Positions 1-13,029 of a stretch of DNA of 64,000 nucleotides are shown in pieces. How positions within the stretch are numbered: the stretch's first letter is position 1; every line of letters starts with the position of its first letter. Origin of the DNA: Octopus sinensis (lineage: Eukaryota); assembly GCF_006345805.1 (NCBI RefSeq), contig NC_043013.1, positions 6,944,001 through 7,008,000 of the forward strand. The letters are read 5' to 3'. A program made the translations under genes and the position numbers. Below the pieces are notes generated by a model. It saw only the letters and a list, made by a program, of their open reading frames with translations, did no database searches and was not told the DNA's origin.

Positions 1-838
1 TTCATCTGCAAACCAAGCATTAACCTGTTTTCAATCCATTCTTTCAAGATTGTCAGCCTTATGAAATTCCTTCCTTGTCCATGTTTTTCTTCCGGCAGCG
101 ATCGACATGATACTATTTAAGATCAACTGTGTCAATCTTACCAGTTTTGTGTAGCCTGCAAAGACCATAGGCACAGCTCTTGCCTTTCGTCTCGGAAAAA
201 ATTCAAAAGCCCCTTCGATCAGCTAAATTGTTCAAATAAAACAGAAAAAAAAACTAAAAGAAAAGCAGTATCTGCTATTCCTATGAATTAATAAGCTGTA
301 TACTATATCAAACTGAGCCAACATCATCATTTCTCTCTAGAATGGCAACCTCTACAAGGAATCCCTTTTTCTTCGGGCATTAATTTACACAAGTTTAAAA
401 AAGCATCGTCGACATTCACATTAACAGTTTGGGAAGCCTGCAGATGTTCTCTGAACACCATTTTTTCTCTTGCTCAAACTAAATAATAGTACTAATAAGA
501 ATTTCTAACAAAGACACAAAGCAAGAAATTTTATTGGAGGACACAATTAGTCAAATATACTGATCCAGTACTTACTTATCAAGTGTTTTATTTTGTTGCC
601 CTCAGAAACATAGAAATATGACGTAAAGCGTGCTGACTAAGCCTTCCATGATTTAATTTCTGATAGGTAATCTCTTTCAATTAATCTTTTGTGCAACTTT
701 AGCATACAGTATACGTGGCCATTTACACTTTAGCATGCTATCTTATCCTAGTTCTAAACCATAGCTGTAACCCTAATCTAACCCATAACGAGGCATGTAT
801 ACGATGTAAACAAAAAGAAAAACAATAGAAACGGATAA

Positions 839-1125
839 AGATTAAATCAGTTTTAATGCGGAATATTAAACTTTGAAATGCACTGTAAGATTTCATGGCA
901 GTATATACACAGTTCGAGCAGAGGTGCATATAACAAAAATAATTAAGCAGGCGTAGCACATAGAAAATCAGAGATACATTGAAAAATAATACAGAGCAGA
1001 GATTAAATCAGTTTTAATGCCTGATATTAAACTTTGAAATGCACTGTAAGATTACATGGCTGTACATACACAGTTCGAGTAGAGGTGTATATAACAAAAA
1101 TAACCAGGCAGGTGTAGCACATACA
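839..1125. repeat. Diverged tandem duplication, ~161-bp period
   Basis: AGATTAAATCAGTTTTAATGC...GTAGCACATA at 839 and 1000 with scattered substitutions. Confidence 0.9.
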
Positions 1126-2058
1126 AATGAACGCAGGCAGGTAAACAAATGTTGGTGAAAATAAATCTCGAACTTAACGCAGGTAAGTAAACAAATATAA
1201 AATAGAACAGAGTGGTGAAAATAATTATAGACAGTAAGTAAAAATATACAAAAACACAACAGCTATAAAGGATAGCTGATAATATAGTGGGTTAACAATT
1301 TCTTGGACGGAGGAGGGCAGCAAAGTTCCTGTCAAATTCGAAACAAGCTTCTTTCATAACTTAAATGTGTTAACCGTTACAGTTAAGTAACTTTCTGATG
1401 TCATTGATAATGGTTTCAAATTTTGGGCCAGCCAATTTTGAGGGGACGAGGAAGTCGATTAGATCGACCCCAGTGCTTAACAGGCACTTATTTTATCGAC
1501 CCGAAAGATGAAGGGCAAAGTTGACTTCGATGGCATTTGAACTCAGAGCGTAAAGCAGGTTGAAATGCTGCTAAGCATTTTGCGCGGTGGGTTAACGATT
1601 CAGCCAGCTCGTCGCATTGGGAATCATAAATAATCCTTTCTACTAAAGACACAAGGCCTGAAATTTGGGGGGGGGGACTAATCGATTACATCGACCCCAG
1701 TATTTGACTGATACTTAATTTATCGACCCCGAGAGGGTGAAAGGCAAAGTCGACCTCGACGAAATTTAAACTCAGAACGTAAAGATGGACAAATTATCTA
1801 TTTCTTTATTGCCCACAAGGGGCTAAACATAGAGGGGACAAACAAGGACAGACATAGGTATTAAGTCGATTACATCGACCCCAGTGCGTAACTGGTACTT
1901 AATTTATCGACCCCGAAAGGATGAAAGGCAAAGTGGACCTCGGCGGAATTTGAACTCACAACGTAACGGCAGACAAAATACCTATTTCTTTATTACCCAC
2001 AAGGGGCTAAACACACCCAGTGCTTTCTATGATTGTATTGATTTCAAGTGATTTCAAG

Positions 2059-2174
2059 TTAATCCTTTTGCTTTCTTACAACAATGAACACAAGAACAGC
2101 AACAAGAATTGCAAGGACACATATGACAGCGATTAGAACTCCAAGTGCCACTCGTACTGTTGGGTTGGTTATAG
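2059..2174 (-). CDS. Terminal coding exon of the MCO: transmembrane helix and short basic tail
   Basis: Acceptor ctttacAG at 2176-2175. The phase-1 join gives (A)ITNPTVRVALGVLIAVICVLAILVAVLVFIVVRKQKD* with TAA at 2061-2059. Phase matches the donor at 3823; ~24 hydrophobic residues are followed by RKQK (positive-inside pattern). Confidence 0.85.
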
Positions 2175-3073
2175 CTGTAAAGATAAAGAAAAACAATATG
2201 GAGTTTATATACAAACAGCAAATTATTCAAATATTTCATGCATGTTTTATTTCAATAATATATTTCTTTGCAAGACCCGAATTCGAACTTCACATTCTCT
2301 ATATTGAAAGTAGTTCACGAACCTCACGCCTGAGGAATAAAAGCAAGCAAGGAAGGAGTTATCTATGTGGTTGCTCTATTTTCTGAAATAATAACTGAAT
2401 CTCCTTTGAATCACTTCCTGCTCTGTTGAAAAGTTGGGGGACATCTTAAATAATTATTTTTTGGAAATAATTGGGGAAAGGCGACTATTTTGGGGGACAA
2501 GGACGATTCGATTACATCGACCCCCAATGCGTAACTGGTAATTTTCATCGACCCTGAAAGGATGAAAGGCAAAGTCGGAATTTGAACTCAGAACGTAGCG
2601 GCAGACGTAATACCTATTTTTTTACCACCCACAAGGGGCTAAAAATAGAAGGAACAAACAAGGACAGACAAACGGATTAAGTCGATTATATCGACACCAG
2701 TGCGTAACTGGTACTTTATTTATCGACCACGAAAGGATGAAAGGTAAAGTCGACCTCGGCGGAATTTGAACTCAGAACGTAGCAGCAGACGAAATACCGC
2801 TAAACATTTCGCCCGGCGTGTTAACGTTTCTGCCAGCTCGCCGCCTTCAGGCCACCTTGAATAATATTATATCTGATATACCTGATAATGTTATATTTGA
2901 TATACAGCTATATCTGAAGAAGGTACGATCGTGAATTAAAAATTATCCACTTCCAGAACCTTCTATGATCTAATTTACATTTCTCTTTATTTGTTTTTGT
3001 GAAACAATCCTTCGCCATTGGCTCATATCATTCAGTCACGTAGTTTGCAAGGAACCAGGGGCGGTATACATAC

Positions 3074-3139
<66 letters not shown>

Positions 3140-3823
3140 TATATATAGATATGTGTGTGTGTGTGGTGTGTGTGTTGTGTGTGTGTGTGTGTGTGTGTGT
3201 GTATGAGTGAGTGTTTGTGTGACACATTGGGAAAGTATTCTGAAACGCACAAAGTGTTGTGAAGGGATTGGATGTGTGTATGTGTGTGTGTGGGGGTGGT
3301 GGCTATGTCTGTACACCCCAACACTTGACCGTGGTTTTTTGGTGTATTTACGGCTCCGTAACTTAGCCGTTTGGCAAAAGATGCAAATAGAATAAGCACT
3401 GGGAAGACTTCTTCAAGGCGGTGCTCCAGCAAGGCCGCGGTCTAATAGCTCTCAATCTCTCACTTTCACTCTCTCTCTCTCTTTCTCTTTCTCTGTCTGT
3501 CTCTCTGTCTCTCTCTATCTCTCTCTGTCTCTCTCTGTCTCTCTCTCTCTTTCCCTCTTTCCCTCTCTCTCTCTCTCTCTCTCTGTTTCCATCTCTCTCT
3601 CTCTCTCGCAGTGTTTCTATCTCTCGTACTTTTTAGAAACACAAATCATACTACGGTGCTTCTCGTTCCCATGAAAAGCACAACCCTTGCCCCATATTCA
3701 ATCTCATAACTATTCATGTATGGTAAATATTTTTTTTTAATCACCAGATAATCTGTGATAAACATACATAGAATAAGAGATGAAATTAGAGAGAAAAGAT
3801 AAAAGAATAAGCGTAAAACATAC

Positions 3824-5894
3824 CAGCGTGTTCATTTTCTAATCTTTGTCTCTCTATATATTCAGCACTTGAGTGCGTGTGGTCATCCATTTCTTTATCA
3901 TTATCTTTCTGTTTTTGATTCTCTTTATGTTCACCACTTTTGTCCTTGTGGTCATCCTTTTCAGTATCTTCTTTCAGGTTATAAATCGCCTTCCCGAAAC
4001 CACGACACTGTGGGAAATTGTCCGGCACTTTTGGCAACTGCGCGAAAGATTCGTTAAGAACAAGAGCCATTCCATCCATACTGTGTAATTCAATATGGCA
4101 GTGCACAAACCACATTCCAGGATTATCGGCCCGTATTCTCACTACAGCGTATCCACCTGTAGGGACCATAATTGTATCCTTTCGAGGGGCGTTTCGTAAA
4201 TTCATTCCGGGAATGTTGTCTCCCTCCCAATTGCCGTTTGACCAAGCTGCATCATTACAATAGTTCATTTTCGGATCACCTCTGCAATCAATATCTTTAG
4301 TATCATGTATAATTTCTCCCGCTGTTTCATTGTATTTCGCAAAACCCAATTTAACTACATAAAATGAATGTCCGTGCATGTGTACGGGGTGGGAGAATCC
4401 TTTGCCTTTTCCCAAGTTTGTCATTACAATCTGGACAGTATTATCGGGTATCGGATTTAAGGAATGAGTACAATGGCACACTTTATCAACGCCACATTTG
4501 GTACTATCGCACCGAGTTTTTACTTCGTTCGGTTGTGTTAAAAGGTTTACACCGGGTTCCTTGAACGCCCGTCCATTTACTGATGAAGGTGTGTGCCCAG
4601 GTTCACCAGGAAATGCAAAATTCAAAAAATGTTCCTCAAACTTTCCAGGCCGGAAAGGCGGTACAACATCTTGATAATTAGACTCTAAGTCACCAAAGTT
4701 TAAACATGGTTTATCACTTTTATAGGGATCATAACGAAAGGGACAGTTGAGTAAAGTGCAGTTCTTTTGTTGAATGCAGTCAGAAACTGTGGAGTTAGGT
4801 TCTTCGACCGGTGCACCCTTATATCGAAGAATTGCTTCAAATGTACTATTTCTGTTTATTTCCAGCGTCTTTCCACGGATCCAGTAATTCCCGACAGAGT
4901 TATTTGCATGTATTGTGAAGTCAAATCTCTCACCCGGGTTGATGATAAAGTAATCGACAGGTGTTGGTTTTAGTTCATAGCCATCAGAGGCAACGATCAC
5001 CATCTGGTGACCATCAACAGATACTTCAAATGGGTACAGAGCCCCTGCAGCGATCACTCTAAAACGATAATGTTTACCTGTTTCTACTTCAAAGACAGTC
5101 AGCGGGGCCCCATTGTGATTCCCTGATTCATCGTAATAGCGGCCTCGACCATTCACAAGACCAGAATGGAACTTAAAAAGACTAAAAAGCGCTCCGTCAG
5201 CGGATCTAGAATTTGTAACTTTTTTACCATTCAAATAAACTCCGTAAATCATTTTTATAAAAGTCATGTCGGAATCCCACTCATGATTGTAATCTGAAAC
5301 TAACATTATATGTTCTTCCATTTTAGGCTTTGTCTTTTCGTGTAGTATTAAAGCACCAAATTCTCCCATAGTACGCTGTGACCCAGTGTGAGAATGGTAC
5401 CAGTAAGTTCCAGTTTGTGTAGCATTAAATTCATACCTGAATGATTGACCTGGTTGAATAGGGCATTGTGTAATCCAAGCTACGCCATCCATGTGTGATG
5501 TTCCCCTTTGATGCAAGCCGTGCCAATGTATTGTCGTACTTTCTGAATATAAATGGTTTTCTACTTCAATGATGACTCTTTGTCCTTTATAAACTTCTAT
5601 TGTTGGTCCTGGAACTGTACCATTAACTGCAATCACCTTCATTGGCTGAGAGTAACCATCCATAGTAATAACTTCATCAGTTGGTATCGGTTGAGCAGTT
5701 GTTAAATTAGTGGCGTCATATCTGTAGAGTTTTGCATCGTAGGATTTTACCAAGGTACGATTAACTAACATAGTTAATTTATACGCAATTATCAGCTTAA
5801 ACTCACACACGTCGTCTTCCATACGACATGTACGGGAATAAACTAACGGTGAGAATAGGCCCAGGAGGAATACAATTGCGTTGGAGTGAATCAT
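3824..5894 (-). CDS. Laccase-like multicopper oxidase, large coding exon (signal peptide, three cupredoxin domains, charged stalk)
   Basis: Hydrophobic N-terminus (MIHSNAIVFLLGLFSPLVYS). All four MCO copper motifs: HWHG, WYHSH, HPVHMHGH, HCHIELHSMDGM (T1 Cys/His with axial Met). Many N-x-S/T sites. Acceptor ttgtgattccAG at 5920-5919; phase-1 donor CACGCTG|GTATGT at 3824/3823, so the ORF-track tail is intron read-through. Confidence 0.95.
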
Positions 5895-6194
5895 AGTTGA
5901 ACCACTGTGCGCAGATATCTGGAATCACAAAATATGAATATGAGAAACAACGAAATCACCAAGGACGATGTGACAATTAAATCATGAAATATTTCTATGT
6001 TTTAAAGACGAAAGAATACCAACATATTAAAGAGAAGGAATGAAAGTAAACCCTCTGTGACAGGTGGACGACAGGGAGATCGATATTGTTTTGTTAGTAG
6101 GACATTTCTGCGCCGGAACAAACTTTGATTAGGAATTTTTGCGAGTATAACAGTTACTGGCTACAGTCACTTTTTTCTCTGTCTTTAACTTACA
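5895..6194 (-). other. Splice acceptor 24 nt upstream of the MCO ATG, and candidate donor of an upstream (probably 5'UTR) exon
   Basis: Pyrimidine tract plus CAG at 5921-5919. The nearest strong upstream donor is CTT|GTAAGT at 6194/6193, giving a 275-nt intron. The pairing is inferred. Confidence 0.4.
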
Positions 6195-7360
6195 AGACGA
6201 CCCTTTTCAACATTTGGTGGCACAGTATCATAAGTAAGAAGTAAAGAATATTTCAAGCATGCCTGTCAGACCAGAAATACCGGTGAAGTAAATGAAAATA
6301 CAGGAGGATCCAGTAAGTGTGACTGCGTGATACAGTGTGCTCCAGATGATACTAGTATATCCTCTAACATGGACAATTGAGATTGATTACATAATATGGT
6401 TCTCATTCGGTTTATAGAACAAGCTATGGTTACGTAACAGAATATTTTTTGTAGACGACAAGACATTGGTAGGTTAGAGATGCATCGGTGTGGCCGTGCG
6501 GTGATTGTACATGGAACCAAATTTGATGCATTCATCAAAGACATTTACTAATTAGAAAACTAGTAAATAAAGTTAATAGCCTTCTAAATCTATAGTATTA
6601 GATGGTTAAAAGACATTTCCTTTCACATGAAGCATAAATCAGTGCTAGTTATTTCACAAAAGAAAGCGTCATCTAACCTCTATGAACGTACTCGATCTGC
6701 TAGAAACAAAAGCTGAATCTAATCTTAGTATTGCTCGATAAAGATCGTAGAAGGTATAATATTTCATGTAAAATGTAGATGAAACAGTTCTTGGCCTTAG
6801 ATACTAAAAATGATAGTGTGGCCATACATATGATATCGTCGATATATTTGGAAACGATTATATTTGAATGTCCTAGAGTAATAATGGTGGGCGGGATCTG
6901 GCAGGTCTAAACAATAGCAACAACACCTCCGTCAACGAAGTTAATCATAAAAATTCCATATTCATTCTCCGTGAAATATTGGACTCTGCTCACATATCTA
7001 GGTATTCCGTCTTAACATTCTGAGATCAAATTTCATTCAGACCGACTACTTTTTATCATTTAGGGGTCGATGAAATAAATACCAGTCAAGTACTGGAGTC
7101 GATGTTAGCGACTCTCCCCTTCCCAAAAAATTTCAGTAGAAATGATTATACAAATATTTATAGTCACCATGATAGATCGTTAGCCACCACACACATTTTT
7201 TCTCTCCTTGTTTCTCTCCTTGTTTTTTCTGTGTCCCTTTCTGTAGAGGAGCGTAGGCTCGAAACGTAAAAGACTTTTTCTATTCCTGAGCGTTATTCTA
7301 ATACATGTTTGTTTTGTACACCACCTATCTTCGTCTTTTGTTTTTTTCTTAAACTCTTCC

Positions 7361-7418
<58 letters not shown>

Positions 7419-7437
7419 ATATTATATATATATATAT

Positions 7438-7474
<37 letters not shown>

Positions 7475-7479
7475 ATACC

Positions 7480-9300
7480 TCAAAGCAAGACCGCAAAACA
7501 ACGCTTACTGAAAGACAAATCCACCCTCACTTATAGATGAGGGAATTAAATGTGCCAAAAAATAGACATAAAAACACTAAGAACAACAAAATATAACACC
7601 ACACCTCATCTCAAAACACTACTATTTATATCAACACATAACCCCAGAAACAGTAAGGCATTCAACACTATTGTGCAAAATCTTCCTTTACTAACTAGGG
7701 TTCCTAAAATGAACTACATCCTGAAATCGCACAAACTCATCAAATGCAAAAAGCAACACAAATCGCTAGTGACTACTAACAAATGTGAAGCTTTACAAAA
7801 CAACCACGAAACCGATGGTTAAAAAAATGTGTACGCCCATACTGTGGAAACTGCCCCAACTTACTTGAAGGCTCGGATTTCCTTTTCAAACAAGGACAGC
7901 GGTTCACAATTAAAACTAGTTTCACTTGTGCCTCTGAGAACCTAATTTATGTAATAACCTGTTCGTGTTGCGGACACAACTATATTGGACAGACGAGTAT
8001 GACCTTGAGAAGGATAACTACTCTACATAAAGTGCAAATCCGTTTCCCACAATACAGGTAAATTCCTCTCAGTGAACATATAGAAAAATGTGCAGATAAC
8101 ATCAAACCGAATTTCACAGTCTTCCCCTTCTACCAGTGCAAAGACGCAATCTCTCCACAAGAACTTTTAAATAAAGAAACTTTTTTCATTGAAAAATACA
8201 GAACACGTCTTAATATGCACGCATAACAAACTTTTATCTTTTTACATATTTCAGTTCACGATTACATCACTGTACATCACTAAACAAGTTTTTCGAAACC
8301 TTTTTTTTTTGTGTGTGTGTACATATATATCCTCCCTTACCGAAAGCTGAACAGTTATCTCCCTTGCCCACAATGACAACAATAATAACGGTAACAATTA
8401 CCTTCCTTTATTTTTCTACTTGTGAAGTCATTCACTCGTTAATATCACACACAACATGGACAAAAATTACTTCGTAAGAAAATATATATTCAAATAAGTA
8501 AACCATAATGTCATGAATAGCGAAAACGAAACCGGTCGGTATATTAAAAATCATATTAAACTATGTAAAGTGTGTCTATTTTCCTTTTTTAATTTCTTAT
8601 ATATATTACAACTCCCTACGCGGGGATAATCGAAATTCCTCTTTTTCTGTTACTACTACTATTTACCACACGTGGAACGGTAAATGTCACCAAAACCTAC
8701 AACAAACTCATCGGATAAAATTACCAACAAGGACATATTAAAAGAATTGAAAGAAATTAACTCAAATTTAGTTATTCTAACTAACAAAACAGATGGATTA
8801 AATTACTGTATCCGAGAAGAAGCGGAATATGAACAAAGAAAACAGTCTACAGAACAGGTTAGTCAAAGTTTGAACGAACTGTGCACGACACTGCATTCAT
8901 TTGTCACAAATAACTTTGAAAAAGAATCATCACCAAAATACCTAATCCATAACGAAAATATACCAATATCAGCACATTTGATTAAAAGTCGCATTAGCCA
9001 TATTTGGTCCAAAAATCTTAACGCTAGAAAATTTTCATTTTGAAACATGATAAAAAATAACAATAAAGCAGAAATATATGAAAAGGGGATTAACTCAACA
9101 CCTTTAATTCTACCACGCAAGATACAAATTAAGCCAATCCCAGAAGAACCCGAACAGCAAAGGAAATTTAGGGAGAAATTAGCACTAGGATAAATGAAAA
9201 TAGAGATTGAGTTACTCAAACTCAGAGCATCGAATAACGAACAAAAATATAAAACAATCGATGAAGAAATGCACACCGAACTCACTAAACATACTGGTTA
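7480..9300 (+). mobile_element. Penelope-like element remnant: GIY-YIG endonuclease 3' end followed by the start of a new ORF
   Basis: ~7924-8215 translates to TCASENLIYVITCSCCGHNYIGQT...LSEHIEKC...KETFFIEKY (GIY-YIG). A degenerate hammerhead-like GAAACCGGTC lies at ~8527; broken ORF from 8684. Confidence 0.7.
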
Positions 9301-10489
9301 TAAAGAATGTTTTTATATTAAATCATCCTCAACATTTGAAGCAATCATAAGCGGAATTCTACAGGAATCAGTAATATAATCTGGGACCTCAAGGGCTCTA
9401 ACAAATCTTTTTCTTTCGTATGGAAGATACTTACTTGAATTTTTCCTTATGATAAAGGGAAATCTTTCCCGTCTTATACACACGGAAGTGCAGAATTTTA
9501 TTTTCCTTTCTAAATTTAAATTGGTAAACAGATTTACAGAGAGAGTTTACAAATGTATTCATTGGAAAAAATACTTTCAGTTCTTTCAAATAATATCCTC
9601 CCGTAACCTAATAATATTTTCTGCAAATTTTCTTTTCTTTATTCTTCTATCTTCTCTTCTTTTCTTTTAGGCATTTCCATGTATATAATTCGCCTGTTCG
9701 TCTTCATTCTCTCTTTCGACCTCCTGTTTTTTTCTCTTTTCATCTATATCTTTCTATTCCTTTTCTCCTTCTCTCACCAAATCTAGTTAATTTCCTTGAA
9801 ACCATTTCACATTTCTAGAGTTCCCTTACTACTTGGCTTTCCAGATATATTTATGGGTATGTACCCGTTTTTGCTATCGTACATATGTATATTTTCGGTG
9901 AGCACAATAATGTGTATGTGCTTAGTGAGTGTGTGTACTGGTTTGTTATAGTGTGTCTGTTGATGTTTTGTGATGTGAGTGCCCTTCTGTATGTTTGTGA
10001 ACCCCCATAACCAAATAATAATTTCTGCAAATTTTCTTTTATTTTTTCATCCATCTTACTTCCCATAATTTTCTCCATTCCACTTCTTTTCTTTCTTTTC
10101 ATGCATTTTTTTATATTTACAATTTGACCGCTCCTCTCTCCCCCACTTACTCTCTCTTTTATTTTGTTTTATGCTTCCTTTCTTTTCCCCTCCCAACCTT
10201 TCTATACATCTTCTCTCACATTATCTAGTTCGTTTCGATAACGCCATTTTAAATTTCTATCGTCCCCTGTTCGTATCTAAGTATTTTGCGAATGAACAAT
10301 AACGTATATGTGTTTAAGTAACTGTGTGTATGTGTATATAAATATGCGTTTGGGTCTATCGATGTTTTGAGAAGTGTATGCTCTTGTGTATGTATATGAT
10401 CGTTTGTTTTTGTGTATAAGTATGAGCTCGTAAACGTGTACTTGGGCATAAGTATGTATCTATGTTGTTGCTGCGAGATTATTCACAAG

Positions 10490-10555
<66 letters not shown>

Positions 10556-10638
10556 TATGTCTGTGAGTATATTTCTGCCTATGTATGTATGTACGTATGT
10601 ATGTATATATGTATGTGTGTTTGTGTGTATGTATATGT

Positions 10639-11015
10639 AGGCACAGGAGTGGCTGTGTAGTAAGTAGCTTGCTAACCAACCACATGGTTCAGGGTTCAGT
10701 CCCACTGCGTGAGATCTTGGGCAAGTGTCTTCTGCTATAGCCCCGGGCCGACCAATGCCTTGTAAGTGGATTTGGTAGACGGAAACTGAAAGAAGCCTGT
10801 CGTATATATGTATATATATATATGTATGTGTTTGTGTGTCTGTGTTTGTCCCCCTAGCAATGTTGGTGTGTTTACGTCCCTGTCACTTAGCGGTTCGGCA
10901 AAAGAGACCGATAGAATAAGTACTGGGCTTACAAAGAATAAGTCCCGGGGGCGATTTGCTCGACTAAAGGCGGTGCTCCAGCATGTCCACAGTCAAATGA
11001 CTGAAACAAGTAAAA
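10639..11015 (+). mobile_element. tRNA-derived SINE family C with CORE-like CCTTGGGCAAGT and an internal microsatellite
   Basis: Head GCACAGGAGTGGCTGTG...GGTTCAGTCCC; tail GGCGGTGCTCCAGCATG...GACTGAAACAAGTAAAAG. Other copies at ~3290-3450, 19030-20600 (split), 23280-23460, 24140-24545, 47600-48130, 51535-52142, 62478-62560. Confidence 0.88.
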
Positions 11016-11078
11016 GCAAAAACAAAATGTATTTATGCATATGTTTATATATATATATAAGATATATATGAATATGTG

Positions 11079-11109
<31 letters not shown>

Positions 11110-11115
11110 GAATAT

Positions 11116-11440
11116 ACTAGTTGTTGAACCCAGCGTTGCTCGTATTTTCCGTGTGGACTTTGAATTGAAATCTACGTTCTCTGCGCCAACTACTAATAAT
11201 AAGAAGGAAAAATAACCTCATTATGGGAATTTCCATACAAACGCCCAATTGAGATTACAAAAATCGATGCCAACTGAGCATTATCGAGTTTTCAAAAAAC
11301 TCCTGCTTTATCTGAACTTCAGGGCATGTGTTCTATCTATGTTCCAAAAATCATTAAAATTGGTTGGACGGTGCGGGGGGTGTTAGAGTAACCCCAAACA
11401 CACACATACACACACACCATTACACATTTAATATATAGAT
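11116..11440 (+). mobile_element. Non-autonomous Helitron/Helentron-like (DINE/HINE-type) element
   Basis: Starts ACTAG...ACCC...CGTTGC and ends (CA)n...TATATAGAT, in (TA)n. Confidence 0.55.
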
Positions 11441-11959
11441 ATATGTATATCATGTATATATATATTTATATATATATATATATGTATATACATATATATT
11501 TATGTGTATGTATGTTAATTAGTGCGTACGTGTTTGTGTACGTGTGTGTGCATTTGAATATAAATACGTTACATATGTAGAAAAATTCAAGATATAAATA
11601 GTTTAACAACATCCCCAGGGTTCGTCTCCCTGTTCAATTTTCATACGCGTGTGTGTGTGTGTGTGTTGATATACATTGGAAGGGAAACGAAAAGTTCTTG
11701 GATTTGGGTAAAAGAAAATGCAAAGGGAATCAGTTGATTATGGATATATTCAACAGATTCCCTTCTCAAATTCATACACTTGTTGTAGCAGTCCTTAAGT
11801 TTTTTTAAGCCCTGCAAAAGATTTCAGAAGTTTGGGCCCTAAACCAGGCCTTTCATGATACCCATAAAGCCAGGAATTTTTCAGCATCACCTCGCACATA
11901 GAAATACATTCACATACTTAGAGACCGAAGGAGAGGCTTATATATATATGTATATATGT

Positions 11960-12650
11960 AAGTAACTACACGCCCTCAAAAGGTAAGAACAAAACACTTG
12001 ATCATTTCTGTGAACTCATCTCGAATTACCCGTATCAATATATGCACAAACAAAAACACAAACCAAACTTCAACAAAAAAGAATGGGCTGAGCTGAACAA
12101 ATTAAAAAAATGACAAAACAATTACAATCAAAGAGGCAGATAAAGGGAGTGCAGTTGTCTTAATGGACACGGTATTTTATATAACTCTAGTACTATCCAT
12201 ATTGGAAGACACAAAAGATTATTAAAAGACCCAACACTGCAGTCAGCAGAAAATAATGAGAGACCTAAAATCCATCTTAAACCTATACAAAGAAGGGCTC
12301 ACCGACAAAGAATATGATTATATGACCAATTTCACAAGTAAAACCAACCAATTCTACGGTATTCCCAAAACACACAAAAGTGAGAAAATAAGTAACGCAT
12401 GCAAGATAGCCACAGACATGATAATTAAAGTCCCTACTCCTAATGACCTCAAATTGAGACCTATAATAGCAGGTCCTGCATGCGAAACCCACCGCCTCAG
12501 TAACTTTTTAGACACCCTCTTAAAACCATTCTTCAAACATGTCAAAAGCTATATAAGGGGCGACCTGGATATGATCAATCACCTTCCTAAAACAATAAAC
12601 AAAAACACCCTATTAGTATCCTTCGATGTAGACAACCTCTGTTCCATATC
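11960..12650 (+). mobile_element. Penelope-like reverse transcriptase fragment
   Basis: IKEADKGSAVVLMD, FYGIPKTHK, LRPII, LVSFDVDNL motifs typical of PLE RT; disrupted and truncated at (TA)n. Confidence 0.85.
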
Positions 12651-12669
12651 CCCCACAATACATACATAG

Positions 12670-12718
<49 letters not shown>

Positions 12719-12719
<1 letters not shown>

Positions 12720-12839
12720 CTTATAAATAAGGGCAAACGAATAAATTTCTAATGCCAAATATACCGAAAATTGGACATAATGTCCAATTTTTGGCATATT
12801 TGGCATTAGAAATTTTTTCGTTTGCCCTTATTTATAAGT
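12719..12839. repeat. 121-bp palindrome (59-bp arms, 3-nt loop, 3 mismatches)
   Basis: ACTTATAAATAAGGGC...TTGGACA-TAA-TGTCCAA...GCCCTTATTTATAAGT. Confidence 0.95.
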
Positions 12840-12936
12840 TGTTTATAATTTAACCTTTAAAGGTATCTTTTAATATGCTGGCCATTGATAAAATTTTTTT
12901 TCGGAAAACAAAATTTATCCTACATTAGATATATTA

Positions 12937-13029
<93 letters not shown>

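Noticed and set aside
1-480. Protein-like minus-strand stretches (VNVDDAFLNLCKLM; LIEGAFEFFPRRK)
   Set aside because: Interrupted by stops, no consistent splice pattern, no family identified.
3786-3823. ORF-track C-terminus of the MCO (GMFYAYSFIFSL*)
   Set aside because: Begins at a consensus GTATGT donor, and a phase-matched TM exon lies downstream; interpreted as intron read-through.
3824-5894. Horizontal transfer of the MCO from bacteria or fungi
   Set aside because: Host-like base composition, spliceosomal sites on both sides, and Cys-rich inserts resembling animal MCOs; lack of introns alone is insufficient without a phylogeny.
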